This document shows, piece after piece, positions 8,942 through 18,644 of a stretch of 64,000 nucleotides of DNA. The stretch is from positions 984,359-1,048,358 of the forward strand of contig CAWDSS010000010.1 of the NCBI GenBank assembly GCA_963805065.1. The letters are read 5' to 3'. A program made the translations under genes and the position numbers. Source of the stretch: Candidatus Omnitrophota bacterium. Lineage in GTDB: Bacteria > Omnitrophota > Gorgyraeia > Gygaellales > Profunditerraquicolaceae. Within the stretch, counting starts at the first letter, position 1. Every line of letters begins with the position of its first letter. A model generated the notes under the pieces. It saw only the letters and a program-made list of their open reading frames with translations, searched no databases and was not told the DNA's origin.

Positions 8942-10568
8942 AGTTTAATTCACTTTTAACGACCAGCTCTTTGGCTAAACGTTCCAGCAGGGGCTCTTCT
9001 TTTTGAAGCAAGTCCCGGACTTCTTTTAAACAGGACTGCATTATTTCCTGGACGTCGTTATCGAGCCTGGTTTTCATTTCTTCGGAAATAAGCGGGACAC
9101 CGCCTGTCCGTCTATAGAAATCGAGCGCATGAAAATCTCCGATAATTCCGGATTTACCCATGCCCATACGCCAAACCATGTTATGCGCTATGTATAAAGC
9201 ATTGGCAAAATCTCCTCCTACTCCGGAAGTGGTAAATCCCAGTTTTATTTTCTCAGAAGCATAGGAGCCCAGTGAGATTCTAATTTCGTTGAGCAGCTGT
9301 CTTTGGTCCTCGACAAGAATTTCTTCGCGTTCAGGTACCCAGGTTGCGCCACCCGTGTGGCCCCTGGGCGTAATGGTTATTTTAAACACATCTTTAGTCG
9401 GCGCAAGCAGGTAGGTTACAATTGCGTGGCCTGCCTCATGATAAGCGGTCTGCAGCTTTTCCTTTTCGCTCATCTTGACTCTTCTTTTTATTCCTAAGGC
9501 AATTCTTTCGCGTGCATCGTCTATATCTTTCATCGTAACAAGAGATTTCGTATTGCGTACGGCTATAAGCGCTGCTTCTCTGACGATATTAGCAATATCT
9601 GCAGGGGTGTTGCCTACGGTTATCCGCGCCAGGCGGTCTATTTTTACATCATTTTTATCATACTGGATTTTTTGAAGATAATAAGCGAATAATTTCTCGC
9701 GGTCTTCCAGGCTTGGTTTATCCACGTAAATTTTTCGGTCGAATCTTCCCGGCCGAAGCAGGGCAGCATCAAGGAATTGTTCGGACATATTGGTGGCCCC
9801 GATTAGCACGATATTAAAATCCTTTTCTTTCAGGCCGTCCATTTCTACCAGGAGTTGGTTTAATGTAGTGTTGCTTTCGGTTTGTCCGCCGAAGCCTGTG
9901 TCAGCAGCCCTTTGTGCACCCACAGCGTCAATCTCGTCGATAAAGATTAAACAACCGCCGTTTACGTCCGCTAAAATCCTGGCTTGCTTAAACAAGCTGC
10001 GGATTCGCCCCGCACCTACGCCTACAAACATCTCTACGAATTCAGAGCCTGACATGGAGATAAAGGGGAGTTTCGCTTCTGTGGCTATTGCTTTGGCAAG
10101 GTAAGTTTTACCGCATCCGGGAGGCCCAAGCATGAGTATGCCTCTTAAAATTTTTCCTCCGATACGTTGCAGTTCCGTGCGGTCCTTGATTAATTTTACT
10201 ACTTCCGATGCCTCCTGTTTCGCTTCGTCCATGCCAATGACATCATTCCAGGTAATGCCTATGTTTTCCCCGGATACCGACTTTTTGCTGGTCTGGGAGA
10301 ATGATTGCGCGCCGCGCTTAAACATCAGCCAATACCACATAAAGGTATAAACGATGCCGAATATCAACGCCATGATTGTTTGCAGGTATAGTTGCAGAGG
10401 TATCATTGCCATCTGCGACTGCCTAAGGTATGATTCCGATTCATTCCAGGCCCGCAGGCCCTTGATAACCAGAATAACCAGCGAGACGCCTAGCAGGGTA
10501 ATGGTGAAAACAATAAGTATGGTAATCCAACGTAACTTAAGGTAGAACTTTATTTTTTTCCAACTCAT
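8886..10568 (-). CDS. ftsH: FtsH-like AAA+ ATP-dependent zinc metalloprotease
   Basis: Two N-terminal TM helices, Walker A GPPGCGKT, Walker B IFIDEID, SRH, HEAGHA zinc motif. Confidence 0.85.
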   Translation of the reverse strand: MSWKKIKFYLKLRWITILIVFTITLLGVSLVILVIKGLRAWNESESYLRQSQMAMIPLQLYLQTIMALIFGIVYTFMWYWLMFKRGAQSFSQTSKKSVSGENIGITWNDVIGMDEAKQEASEVVKLIKDRTELQRIGGKILRGILMLGPPGCGKTYLAKAIATEAKLPFISMSGSEFVEMFVGVGAGRIRSLFKQARILADVNGGCLIFIDEIDAVGAQRAADTGFGGQTESNTTLNQLLVEMDGLKEKDFNIVLIGATNMSEQFLDAALLRPGRFDRKIYVDKPSLEDREKLFAYYLQKIQYDKNDVKIDRLARITVGNTPADIANIVREAALIAVRNTKSLVTMKDIDDARERIALGIKRRVKMSEKEKLQTAYHEAGHAIVTYLLAPTKDVFKITITPRGHTGGATWVPEREEILVEDQRQLLNEIRISLGSYASEKIKLGFTTSGVGGDFANALYIAHNMVWRMGMGKSGIIGDFHALDFYRRTGGVPLISEEMKTRLDNDVQEIMQSCLKEVRDLLQKEEPLLERLAKELVVKSELNYDEIEAIFKEFGKVRPSS

Positions 10569-10602
10569 AACATCTCCTTTTTTGTCTAAAATAGCATACT
10601 AA

Positions 10603-11961
<1,359 letters not shown>

Positions 11962-11964
11962 ATA

Positions 11965-12249
11965 ATGCTATCAATATTAAGAAAAGCATTCTGGCTTTTC
12001 GGTATTTCGGTTTTTCTGTTGGTAATATTTTTGCCGGGTTACACAAAGCTGCAGGAATTACGGGATAAAAACCGGGACCTGAGCGCAAAAATAAGGCGCT
12101 TAAATATAGAGAATTATCTTTTGCAGGAAGAAATAAAGCGGATACAAAGCGATCCGGTGTATCAGGAAAAAATCGCACGGGAGAAAATGGGGGTTGTGCG
12201 TAAGGGCGAGATACCCGTAAAGGTTATCCCGGAGAAGAAAAATAGATAG
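11965..12249 (+). CDS. ftsB: Septum formation initiator (FtsB/DivIC family)
   Basis: 94 aa with an N-terminal TM helix and a coiled coil. Conserved position downstream of eno. Confidence 0.6.
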   Translation: MLSILRKAFWLFGISVFLLVIFLPGYTKLQELRDKNRDLSAKIRRLNIENYLLQEEIKRIQSDPVYQEKIAREKMGVVRKGEIPVKVIPEKKNR

Positions 12250-12279
12250 ATTAATTGTTCTTTTATTGTATAATAATTT

Positions 12280-12356
12280 CGCGGGGTGGAGCAGTCCGGT
12301 AGCTCGTTAGGCTCATAACCTAAAGGTCATGCGTTCAAATCGCATCCCCGCAACCA
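12280..12356 (+). tRNA. tRNA-Met (CAT), initiator type, with encoded CCA
   Basis: Cloverleaf read by hand: cgcgggg acceptor with a C1:A72 mismatch as in E. coli tRNA-fMet, D arm gagc/gctc, anticodon loop ctCATaa, T arm atgcg-ttcaaat-cgcat, then ccccgca-a-cca. Only 2 of the 3 canonical anticodon-stem G:C pairs are present. A TATAAT box sits at 12269-12274. Confidence 0.9.
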
Positions 12357-12791
12357 TTATAATCTCTCAAACTCTAGAATGAGAGATAACGATAGCCTTG
12401 AATGCAGTAAACATTCAGGGCTATTTTTATGTAGCGATGTGTTAAACAGTTAGGGCATTATTTTTTCTGCATCATTACAGTTGTTGATTTCAAATTTTAA
12501 ACTCACCACAGGTTCGCTAAAAACAGCCAAATAAATCTCGCCCATGTATCTCTTTATCTCCAAATTGCCATTTAGTTAATGCTTTCTAGTTAATGGTTTT
12601 ATTGGCTATTTCTGCGTTATTAAGGGCAAAATTATAGGCATTAACTAGGGAATTGAGCTCATTTTATGTCCGTTTTGTCCGGTATTTAGGGGGGTGAAGA
12701 ACACATAACTATTTGGAAAATAATGGTTTATCTGTTGTCCGGTCTCCGTGAGGTGGACAAACAGCTTTAGGCGGGTTTAACTACTGTGTTT

Positions 12792-14420
12792 TTAAAGAAG
12801 CTCTTGCCACATTTGGCCCTGTTTCTTCCAGTCGGCCTCATTGATGATGGGGCGGAGCTTGTATTCGGGGATTGAACAGAGGCTTTGTGTGTCTAGGTAG
12901 ATTATCTCTTCCTGAATCTTTGGAGAAAGGAGCAGCAAGTTTAGAACTTGGTTTACTCTTGCTTCATGCATATTAAGCCACTGAGCAGCTTGTTTTGCGC
13001 TGGCTTTGCCATCCTCAAAAAGCTTCTGTAGTTGATAAGCAAGAATCAGGTTTTTGCGAACCTGAGGTTCTTTTGCGATTTCTTCTTCTTTGTGCCATTT
13101 GTTAATTGGCCGTACCTGTTTTAAATCAACGTCAAACTCAAGCCTGAGATTGTTATCTGCAAGCGTTATCCCGAGTTTCTTATTGCTCGCCGTATAATCA
13201 ACTTCTTTGAGCAATATTTTAAGGATGCGTCGTTTCTCTTCTGGATAAAGCGTATCCCAGATAGGTGATAGAAGGGCATCAATTTCTTGCTTATATTGAT
13301 GTTCGCCTTTTTTGTGGTTATCAATGAATATTTCTCTTAAACACTCAACCACGGCGTCTTCTATTGCCTTGGAATTGACGGATTTGGTGGGGCATGAGCT
13401 GTGTCCGAACTTCTGGGCATTTGTACAGGTGTAATAGCGGTATTTATGCGTTCCGTTTCTTATCGTATACGTGTGAACCATAAAGGTATTGCAAGCCTTA
13501 CAATGCAGGATATGGCTTAATAAGCCTGTACAGTCCGTATTCTTTGTAACTTTTCGTTCCCTGTGGTTTTGATCAAGTAAAGCTTGGGTCCTTTTAAATG
13601 TCTCCTCATCTATAATGGCTTCGTGTTCCCCTTCGTAAATTTGGCCATTATATCTTGCTTTTCCCGTATAAATGGCATGTCTTAGCATCCATTGAATCCT
13701 GGCAACGCTATATTTAACTCCTCCCAAGACTCTCCCATTTTTGCAGGCTATTTTGTTTGTTCTATAGTTTCTTTCATTAAAGATCTGTACTATCTTAAGC
13801 GTGGAGTTGCCTTTGAGGTAGAGATCAAAGATCTCTTTAATTACTTTAGCGCCTTCAGGGTCTATGATTATTTTTTTATTCTCTTTATCCACGCGATAGC
13901 CTAAAGGAGCTATTCCGCCTGTCCATTTGCCGCGCTTACGGGCAGCAGACATCTTATCTTTGGTCCTCTCAGAAATCAATTCTCTTTCAAACTCAGCAAA
14001 AGAAGACAAGATATGCAGCATGAGTTTGCCTGTAGAGGTACCTGTATCAATTGGTTGTGTAACTGAGGCAAAGGCTACGCCGTGTTCATCAAAGAACTTA
14101 AGGAGTTGTACAAAATCCACCAGCGAGCGGCTTAACCTATCCAATTTATAAACAATTACCATATTAACTCTGCCTTCTTTGATATCATTCAGTAATCTTT
14201 CCAGGGAAGGCCGGTTGGCATTTGATCCTGTGAAACCATTATCATCGTATCTTTCGGTTAATGGTATCCAGCCCTCATGTTTATGGCTGGCAATAAAGCT
14301 TAAGATGGCTTCATGTTGGTTTTCAATCGATCCGAAAGCCTCATCTGCGCGTTCTTCTATTGATTTTCGGCAGTAGGCTGCGCAGTAGATTAGTTTCTTG
14401 GTTTGTTTTCCCTCTTCCAT
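12792..14420 (-). CDS. Large serine recombinase (phage-integrase type)
   Basis: N-terminal resolvase domain (YCRKS catalytic serine, LDRLSRS), recombinase domain, zinc-ribbon cysteines (CKAC...C..C) and a coiled-coil C-terminus. 542 aa. Confidence 0.9.
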   Translation of the reverse strand: MEEGKQTKKLIYCAAYCRKSIEERADEAFGSIENQHEAILSFIASHKHEGWIPLTERYDDNGFTGSNANRPSLERLLNDIKEGRVNMVIVYKLDRLSRSLVDFVQLLKFFDEHGVAFASVTQPIDTGTSTGKLMLHILSSFAEFERELISERTKDKMSAARKRGKWTGGIAPLGYRVDKENKKIIIDPEGAKVIKEIFDLYLKGNSTLKIVQIFNERNYRTNKIACKNGRVLGGVKYSVARIQWMLRHAIYTGKARYNGQIYEGEHEAIIDEETFKRTQALLDQNHRERKVTKNTDCTGLLSHILHCKACNTFMVHTYTIRNGTHKYRYYTCTNAQKFGHSSCPTKSVNSKAIEDAVVECLREIFIDNHKKGEHQYKQEIDALLSPIWDTLYPEEKRRILKILLKEVDYTASNKKLGITLADNNLRLEFDVDLKQVRPINKWHKEEEIAKEPQVRKNLILAYQLQKLFEDGKASAKQAAQWLNMHEARVNQVLNLLLLSPKIQEEIIYLDTQSLCSIPEYKLRPIINEADWKKQGQMWQELL

Positions 14421-14429
14421 AGCCGCCTC

Positions 14430-14900
14430 TTAAAGATTAAAAAACAAGTATCCGTTCCAGTGCGCTCCGGTTACCTCTTTGGCAATAGCTGTAAGGCTTT
14501 TGTAGACTTTGTTGTGGTATTCAAAACCTGATTCAAGGATCTTAATCTCAAGTTTGATTCCTTTGTATTCTTTGATAATCACTGTGCCGGGAATCGGCAG
14601 TCTTTTGTCCCGGCTAAGGTCGTGCTTCTTGGGTTGATTTTCAGTGGTGGCATCAGGCCGTAACGCTTTGTTATTGATGGGGTCATATTGCTGAATTAGT
14701 TGCTGGATTTTAGTCTGGGTTTCTGTGGAAATGCCGCCGTATTCCAGCTCTTGTATCCGGTAGGCAATCTTACGCCAGAGGAATACCTTGTTATTAGACG
14801 GTGCCTGTTGGCCAGGGAATAACTCCTCGTATTTTGCCTTAAGCTCAGCGAGAGATTTTTCCTTAAGTTCCATTATTTGGGAGAGGTTGGTTTCTGGCAT
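14430..14900 (-). CDS. DUF2924-family protein (common partner of large serine recombinases)
   Basis: LAELKAKYEELFPGQQAP...FLWRKIAYRIQELEYGGIS pattern. Start chosen at MPETN (aaagga RBS) rather than the ORF-track start at 14954. Confidence 0.65.
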   Translation of the reverse strand: MPETNLSQIMELKEKSLAELKAKYEELFPGQQAPSNNKVFLWRKIAYRIQELEYGGISTETQTKIQQLIQQYDPINNKALRPDATTENQPKKHDLSRDKRLPIPGTVIIKEYKGIKLEIKILESGFEYHNKVYKSLTAIAKEVTGAHWNGYLFFNL

Positions 14901-15013
14901 AAGTGGGTTCCTTTCGTTAGTACACATATGGCCATACGATCCGAGATAAGTCAAGTTATATAAGAGATATAGCCTTTAAATATTTAACTACCGTTATGTA
15001 AGCTTAAAGTAGC

Positions 15014-15061
15014 CTACCTATATACAGAGAGTCTGTCGCGCCGTATTTCTGGGCCGCCTCA
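15014..15061 (+). repeat. Left copy of an imperfect ~50-bp direct repeat bracketing the SIR2/RT cassette
   Basis: ctacctatatacagagagtc-tgtcgcgccgtatttctgggccgcctca aligns with 18421-18472. Differences are one 4-nt indel and a few substitutions. Confidence 0.75.
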
Positions 15062-15193
15062 TGGGGTTCACCTCTCGTAATATACGATAAGACAACTTAA
15101 AAAAAGGATTTACAGTGGGGAAAAGGAGGTATAGAATGATTCTATTACAAAGAGGCGCAAATGAGATTCGCATAATAAAATTTAAGACAACTT

Positions 15194-15222
15194 AAAAAAA
15201 GCAGGCGAAAGCCTGCTTTTTT
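15194..15222. terminator. Bidirectional rho-independent terminator (A7-gcaggc-gaaa-gcctgc-T6)
   Basis: GC stem with a GAAA loop, flanked by an A run and a T run. Confidence 0.7.
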
Positions 15223-15340
15223 AATCCTAAGCGGCCAAAAAAATTACCTGGAAGGGGCGAAGCGAGGTATTTTTATAAAGATAAAGATTATCTTCCTAAT
15301 TTTAATCACAAAATAGGAAAATCTCAAATTTTCAAATGAT

Positions 15341-16789
15341 ATGCAGAAGAGCATAAATCCAATAACATTCCAGCATATATCTGAATTGATCAGAAAGAAT
15401 GAATGTGTATTCTTTATTGGGGCTGGTATTTCACATACGGACGCAGATTTTCCTAGCGGTAATATGTTAAAAGAAATATTGGCCAAAGAATTAAATCTTA
15501 ATCCCTCTCATTTTACTTTACCAAGTTTAGCAAGTAAATATCAAGCTCAATTTGATAGAGTTAGGCTAATAACTTTATTTAGAGATAATCTTGATAAAAG
15601 AATCGATATCAATAAGAAAGGCGTATGCAAGATTTTGAAGAAAATTTGTAAACTGCCCATAACGACTATAATTACAACAAATTATGATAATTTAATAGAA
15701 AGTGTATTTGAAGCAAAACAAAATGTAATAAATGTAATTAAAACTGATAAACAAATATCTACCTGGAGAGAAGACTGTGTACAGCTCTTAAAAATTCATG
15801 GAGATTTCTCTGTAGACCCGGACAAAATTGTTATAACCAATGAAGATTACAGCGCTTATATAAACAACTACAAGTCTATGATTATAAAATTACAAGATTT
15901 ATTTAATACCAAGAATATAATTTTTCTAGGATATAGTTTAAATGACGTTAATTTTAAAAGTATCCACCATATTGTGGTAGAGAATTTAGGTGGACTAAAA
16001 AGAAAATGTTATGCTTTTTCTAGAGATAGGTTACCTGAAAAAGAAATAGAAGACTGGCATATGCAAAATTTAGATATCTTGAATTCTGAAGCCTATGATT
16101 TCGTCAAAGAGTTAGTGAAACAATATTACTATATTCCTAAAAAGACAGAATCAAAAATTGAGAAAGTTATAGTTGAACCACGACCAACTATAATGCGTCC
16201 TTGTTTTAAAAATAATGGAAAATTTTTATTCAGGAAGCGGTTCGCTTTTAATATCGGAATTCGGACCGGATTTTTAAAAGATTATTATTTTTACTATATA
16301 GTTTTAGATAGCATGATTTTCGAGCCAGCTTTTCTAACTAAATCTAAACTTAATAATTTAGTTTCTGGATTTAGTGATATTCTATCTAAACGACTAACTG
16401 ATTTAAGTAGAAAAGACTACTATTTAGAAAACTTGCATCCAATTTTTGAACAAAATCAAAAAGATAGAAAAAGAATTATAAAGCATGCAAATTTAATAAT
16501 TATTCTCGTTTATGACAATCGATATTCCGGTTATATTAATTCACTATATGGACCAGTTTCAAAATGGAAAAAATTTGTTTTAATTTTGCATCGGAATTTT
16601 AACAAAAGATTAGATACCGATTTAGTGCTAATTGGTTTAAAGTCACTTGGTAATCATGTAATTTCATTTTCATCATCTTCGCTTAAGGATGACCGTATAG
16701 TTGAAGAAATTCATAGATTAATTTTATTAGAACAAAATAATAGATTACAAAGTTTAATTTTAAGTGAAAGTTTAGAAAATGAAGAATAG
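15341..16789 (+). CDS. SIR2-like (SIR2_2 family) protein with an uncharacterised C-terminal domain; candidate NADase effector
   Basis: FFIGAGIS, ITTNYDNLIE, LLKIHGD, IIFLGYSLNDVNF motifs in the first ~230 aa. C-terminal ~250 aa of unknown fold. Confidence 0.8.
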   Translation: MQKSINPITFQHISELIRKNECVFFIGAGISHTDADFPSGNMLKEILAKELNLNPSHFTLPSLASKYQAQFDRVRLITLFRDNLDKRIDINKKGVCKILKKICKLPITTIITTNYDNLIESVFEAKQNVINVIKTDKQISTWREDCVQLLKIHGDFSVDPDKIVITNEDYSAYINNYKSMIIKLQDLFNTKNIIFLGYSLNDVNFKSIHHIVVENLGGLKRKCYAFSRDRLPEKEIEDWHMQNLDILNSEAYDFVKELVKQYYYIPKKTESKIEKVIVEPRPTIMRPCFKNNGKFLFRKRFAFNIGIRTGFLKDYYFYYIVLDSMIFEPAFLTKSKLNNLVSGFSDILSKRLTDLSRKDYYLENLHPIFEQNQKDRKRIIKHANLIIILVYDNRYSGYINSLYGPVSKWKKFVLILHRNFNKRLDTDLVLIGLKSLGNHVISFSSSSLKDDRIVEEIHRLILLEQNNRLQSLILSESLENEE

Positions 16790-17162
16790 ATTAACAAATA
16801 CCTCATACGAAGTGCTATATATTTTATATCTAGTAGTAAAAAGTAAAATCCTAAATAATAAAGAAGTTTGTGAATTTCTAGGAATTTTTCCTTCACAGTT
16901 TGATGAGATTATTAAATATATGACTACTAAATTATTATTGAAGGAAGAATCAGGTAATTTACTTATAACCGAAAGAGGCGAGAAATTGATCAAAGCATTC
17001 GACTTAGTAAATTTTGAAGTCGAGAACGACGCTCTAGAAAAATTAAATATGGATCGAATGCGAAAAAGAGGGAAAAAGGTCTTTAAATTAGAAGATTTTT
17101 ATTTACCGAAAGATTTTACTGATGACATAAGAAAGGAGGGGGGAGGATTAGAGAATTCTTAG
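16779..17162 (+). CDS. Small winged-helix (MarR/ArsR-like) protein, translationally coupled to the SIR2 gene
   Basis: Start overlaps the SIR2 stop by 11 nt. YEVLYILY...NNKEVCEFLGIFPSQFDEIIKYM...LITERGEKL resembles a wHTH. Confidence 0.5.
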   Translation: MKNRLTNTSYEVLYILYLVVKSKILNNKEVCEFLGIFPSQFDEIIKYMTTKLLLKEESGNLLITERGEKLIKAFDLVNFEVENDALEKLNMDRMRKRGKKVFKLEDFYLPKDFTDDIRKEGGGLENS

Positions 17163-17330
17163 ATCGCTATTTCTGGCGAGTCGCCAGGATGATGAGAAGA
17201 TAACCTTCTCTCCCGGCATGAGCTCAATAAATTGAGCTCATGCCATTGCACTTCGCGATGCTTCGTGCAATGTCGCGATTTTGGCTCTGCCAAAATTCGC
17301 GAGCGGTTTCAATTAGTTAGTAAGAATTCT
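17152..17330 (+). ncRNA. Candidate retron msr-msd non-coding RNA
   Basis: 10-nt terminal inverted repeat: AGAATTCTTA at 17152-17161 pairs with TAAGAATTCT at 17321-17330 (a1/a2-like). A G follows a1 at 17162. Five internal hairpins, including a perfect 14-bp stem at 17215-17244. Lies immediately upstream of the RT on the same strand. Confidence 0.6.
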
Positions 17331-17349
17331 TTTGTCTTCCCTTCTTATA

Positions 17350-18369
17350 ATGAACAAAGGATTATTTTTACAAAATTTTAAAAAAGAAGCAAAATTCCTT
17401 AAAATAGATAATGGATATAAAGAAATTTGTTTGACCTATGCTAATAGGTTGCTCTCTAAAGATCTTCCGGTAATATATGATATAAAGCATTTATCTTTAC
17501 TGCTGAATATTCGAATATCTCATTTAACAAAGATGATTTACGGTAATAGTAAATTTTACAAAACCTTTTATATTAAGAAGCGAGGAAATAAATATAGAAA
17601 GATTGAAGCTCCATTGGGAAGCCTTAAAACGGTTCAACGTTGGATTCTAAGGAATATACTTGAGAAGATAAAAACCTCAGATTATTGCAAAGGTTTTAGG
17701 CCCGGTTTATCAATTTTGGATAATGCGAGGCCACATCTAAATAAAGACTATGTTGTAAATGTTGATATTCAAGATTTTTTTCCATCTATAAAATATAATA
17801 AGGTTTTTGCAGTATTTAGGAATCTCGGTTACACAAAAAAAGTTTCATATGTTTTGTCTAAGTTATGTACTTTAGAAAATAGATTACCTCAGGGAGCGCC
17901 AACAAGTCCGTATATCTCTAATATTATATCTAAAAGAATAGATAGTAGAATTGCTGGTATTTGCAAAAATTTTGGATTTGTTTTTACAAGATATGCAGAT
18001 GACATTACTATATCAGGTACTAAAAAAGTAATTTTTTTGATTAGTTTTATTGAGAAAATATTAGGAGAAAGCTCATTTTTATTAAATAGATCAAAAACAA
18101 GAATTATGAAGAAAGGAAAAAGACAAGAAATAACAGGAATAGTCGTGAATGAAAAACTTAATTGGTTGAGGCCGAATATAAGAAAATTAAGGCAAGAAAT
18201 TTATTATTGTAAAAAATATGGGGTAGAAGAACATTTGAAGAGAAAAGGAATTATTAAAGCTAATTTCAGAGAATTTATGTATGGTAAAGCTTACTATCTA
18301 AAAATGATTGATAAGCCAAAAGGAGAGAATTTTTTACGAGAGTTAGACACTATTAATTGGGCGTATTAA
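17350..18369 (+). CDS. Retron-type reverse transcriptase
   Basis: NARPH (NAxxH), VNVDIQDFFPSI, RLPQGAPTSPYISN, YADDITIS, NRSKT, ITGIVVN (VTG motif). About 340 aa with no maturase or endonuclease domains. ATG at 17350 preferred over the TTG at 17332. Confidence 0.85.
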   Translation: MNKGLFLQNFKKEAKFLKIDNGYKEICLTYANRLLSKDLPVIYDIKHLSLLLNIRISHLTKMIYGNSKFYKTFYIKKRGNKYRKIEAPLGSLKTVQRWILRNILEKIKTSDYCKGFRPGLSILDNARPHLNKDYVVNVDIQDFFPSIKYNKVFAVFRNLGYTKKVSYVLSKLCTLENRLPQGAPTSPYISNIISKRIDSRIAGICKNFGFVFTRYADDITISGTKKVIFLISFIEKILGESSFLLNRSKTRIMKKGKRQEITGIVVNEKLNWLRPNIRKLRQEIYYCKKYGVEEHLKRKGIIKANFREFMYGKAYYLKMIDKPKGENFLRELDTINWAY

Positions 18370-18383
18370 CTAATTAGAACATA

Positions 18384-18420
18384 AAAAGGCTATTGATCGG
18401 ATACGGTCAATAGCCTTTTT
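18384..18420 (+). terminator. Rho-independent terminator after the RT gene
   Basis: aaaaaggctattgatcgg-atac-ggtcaatagcc followed by ttttt. Confidence 0.7.
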
Positions 18421-18472
18421 CTACCTGTATACAGAGAGTCCTTCTGTCACGCCGTATTTCTGGGCGCCTTCA
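18421..18472 (+). repeat. Right copy of the ~50-bp direct repeat bracketing the SIR2/RT cassette
   Basis: ctacctgtatacagagagtccttctgtcacgccgtatttctgggcgccttca aligns with 15014-15061. Confidence 0.75.
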
Positions 18473-18644
18473 GCATAGATACCTTTCGCAAAATTACTTT
18501 ATTCAAAATTCAAATTAATCAAAAGAAACCGCTTTCCCAATACCCCTGTTTTAGCCTTGAACACCCCTTACCTATATGCCATACTTTTATTAATGTAAGG
18601 CTGATGAACCAATAGCCACACTAAACTAACAAAATACTAATAAA

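Larger units (their letters stand above)
12357..18472. mobile_element. Genomic island adjacent to tRNA-fMet (serine-recombinase module plus retron-like cassette). The right boundary is uncertain and may extend through the giant gene to about 25570.
   Basis: Begins at the tRNA 3' end, carries a large serine recombinase with DUF2924, and is visibly more AT-rich by eye across 15240-18370. Confidence 0.5.

Noticed and set aside
12357-12791. Duplicated tRNA 3' end (att direct repeat) marking the island boundary
   Set aside because: No second copy of the tRNA 3' segment was spotted by eye anywhere downstream. Serine recombinases do not need one, so the absence is uninformative. A computational search is still advisable.
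17350-18369. RT as a group II intron maturase or diversity-generating retroelement RT
   Set aside because: It has no X/maturase or En domains, no intron RNA domains flanking it, and no TR/VR repeat pair or accessory avd-like gene. It carries the retron-specific NAxxH and VTG motifs and an upstream a1/a2-closed RNA.
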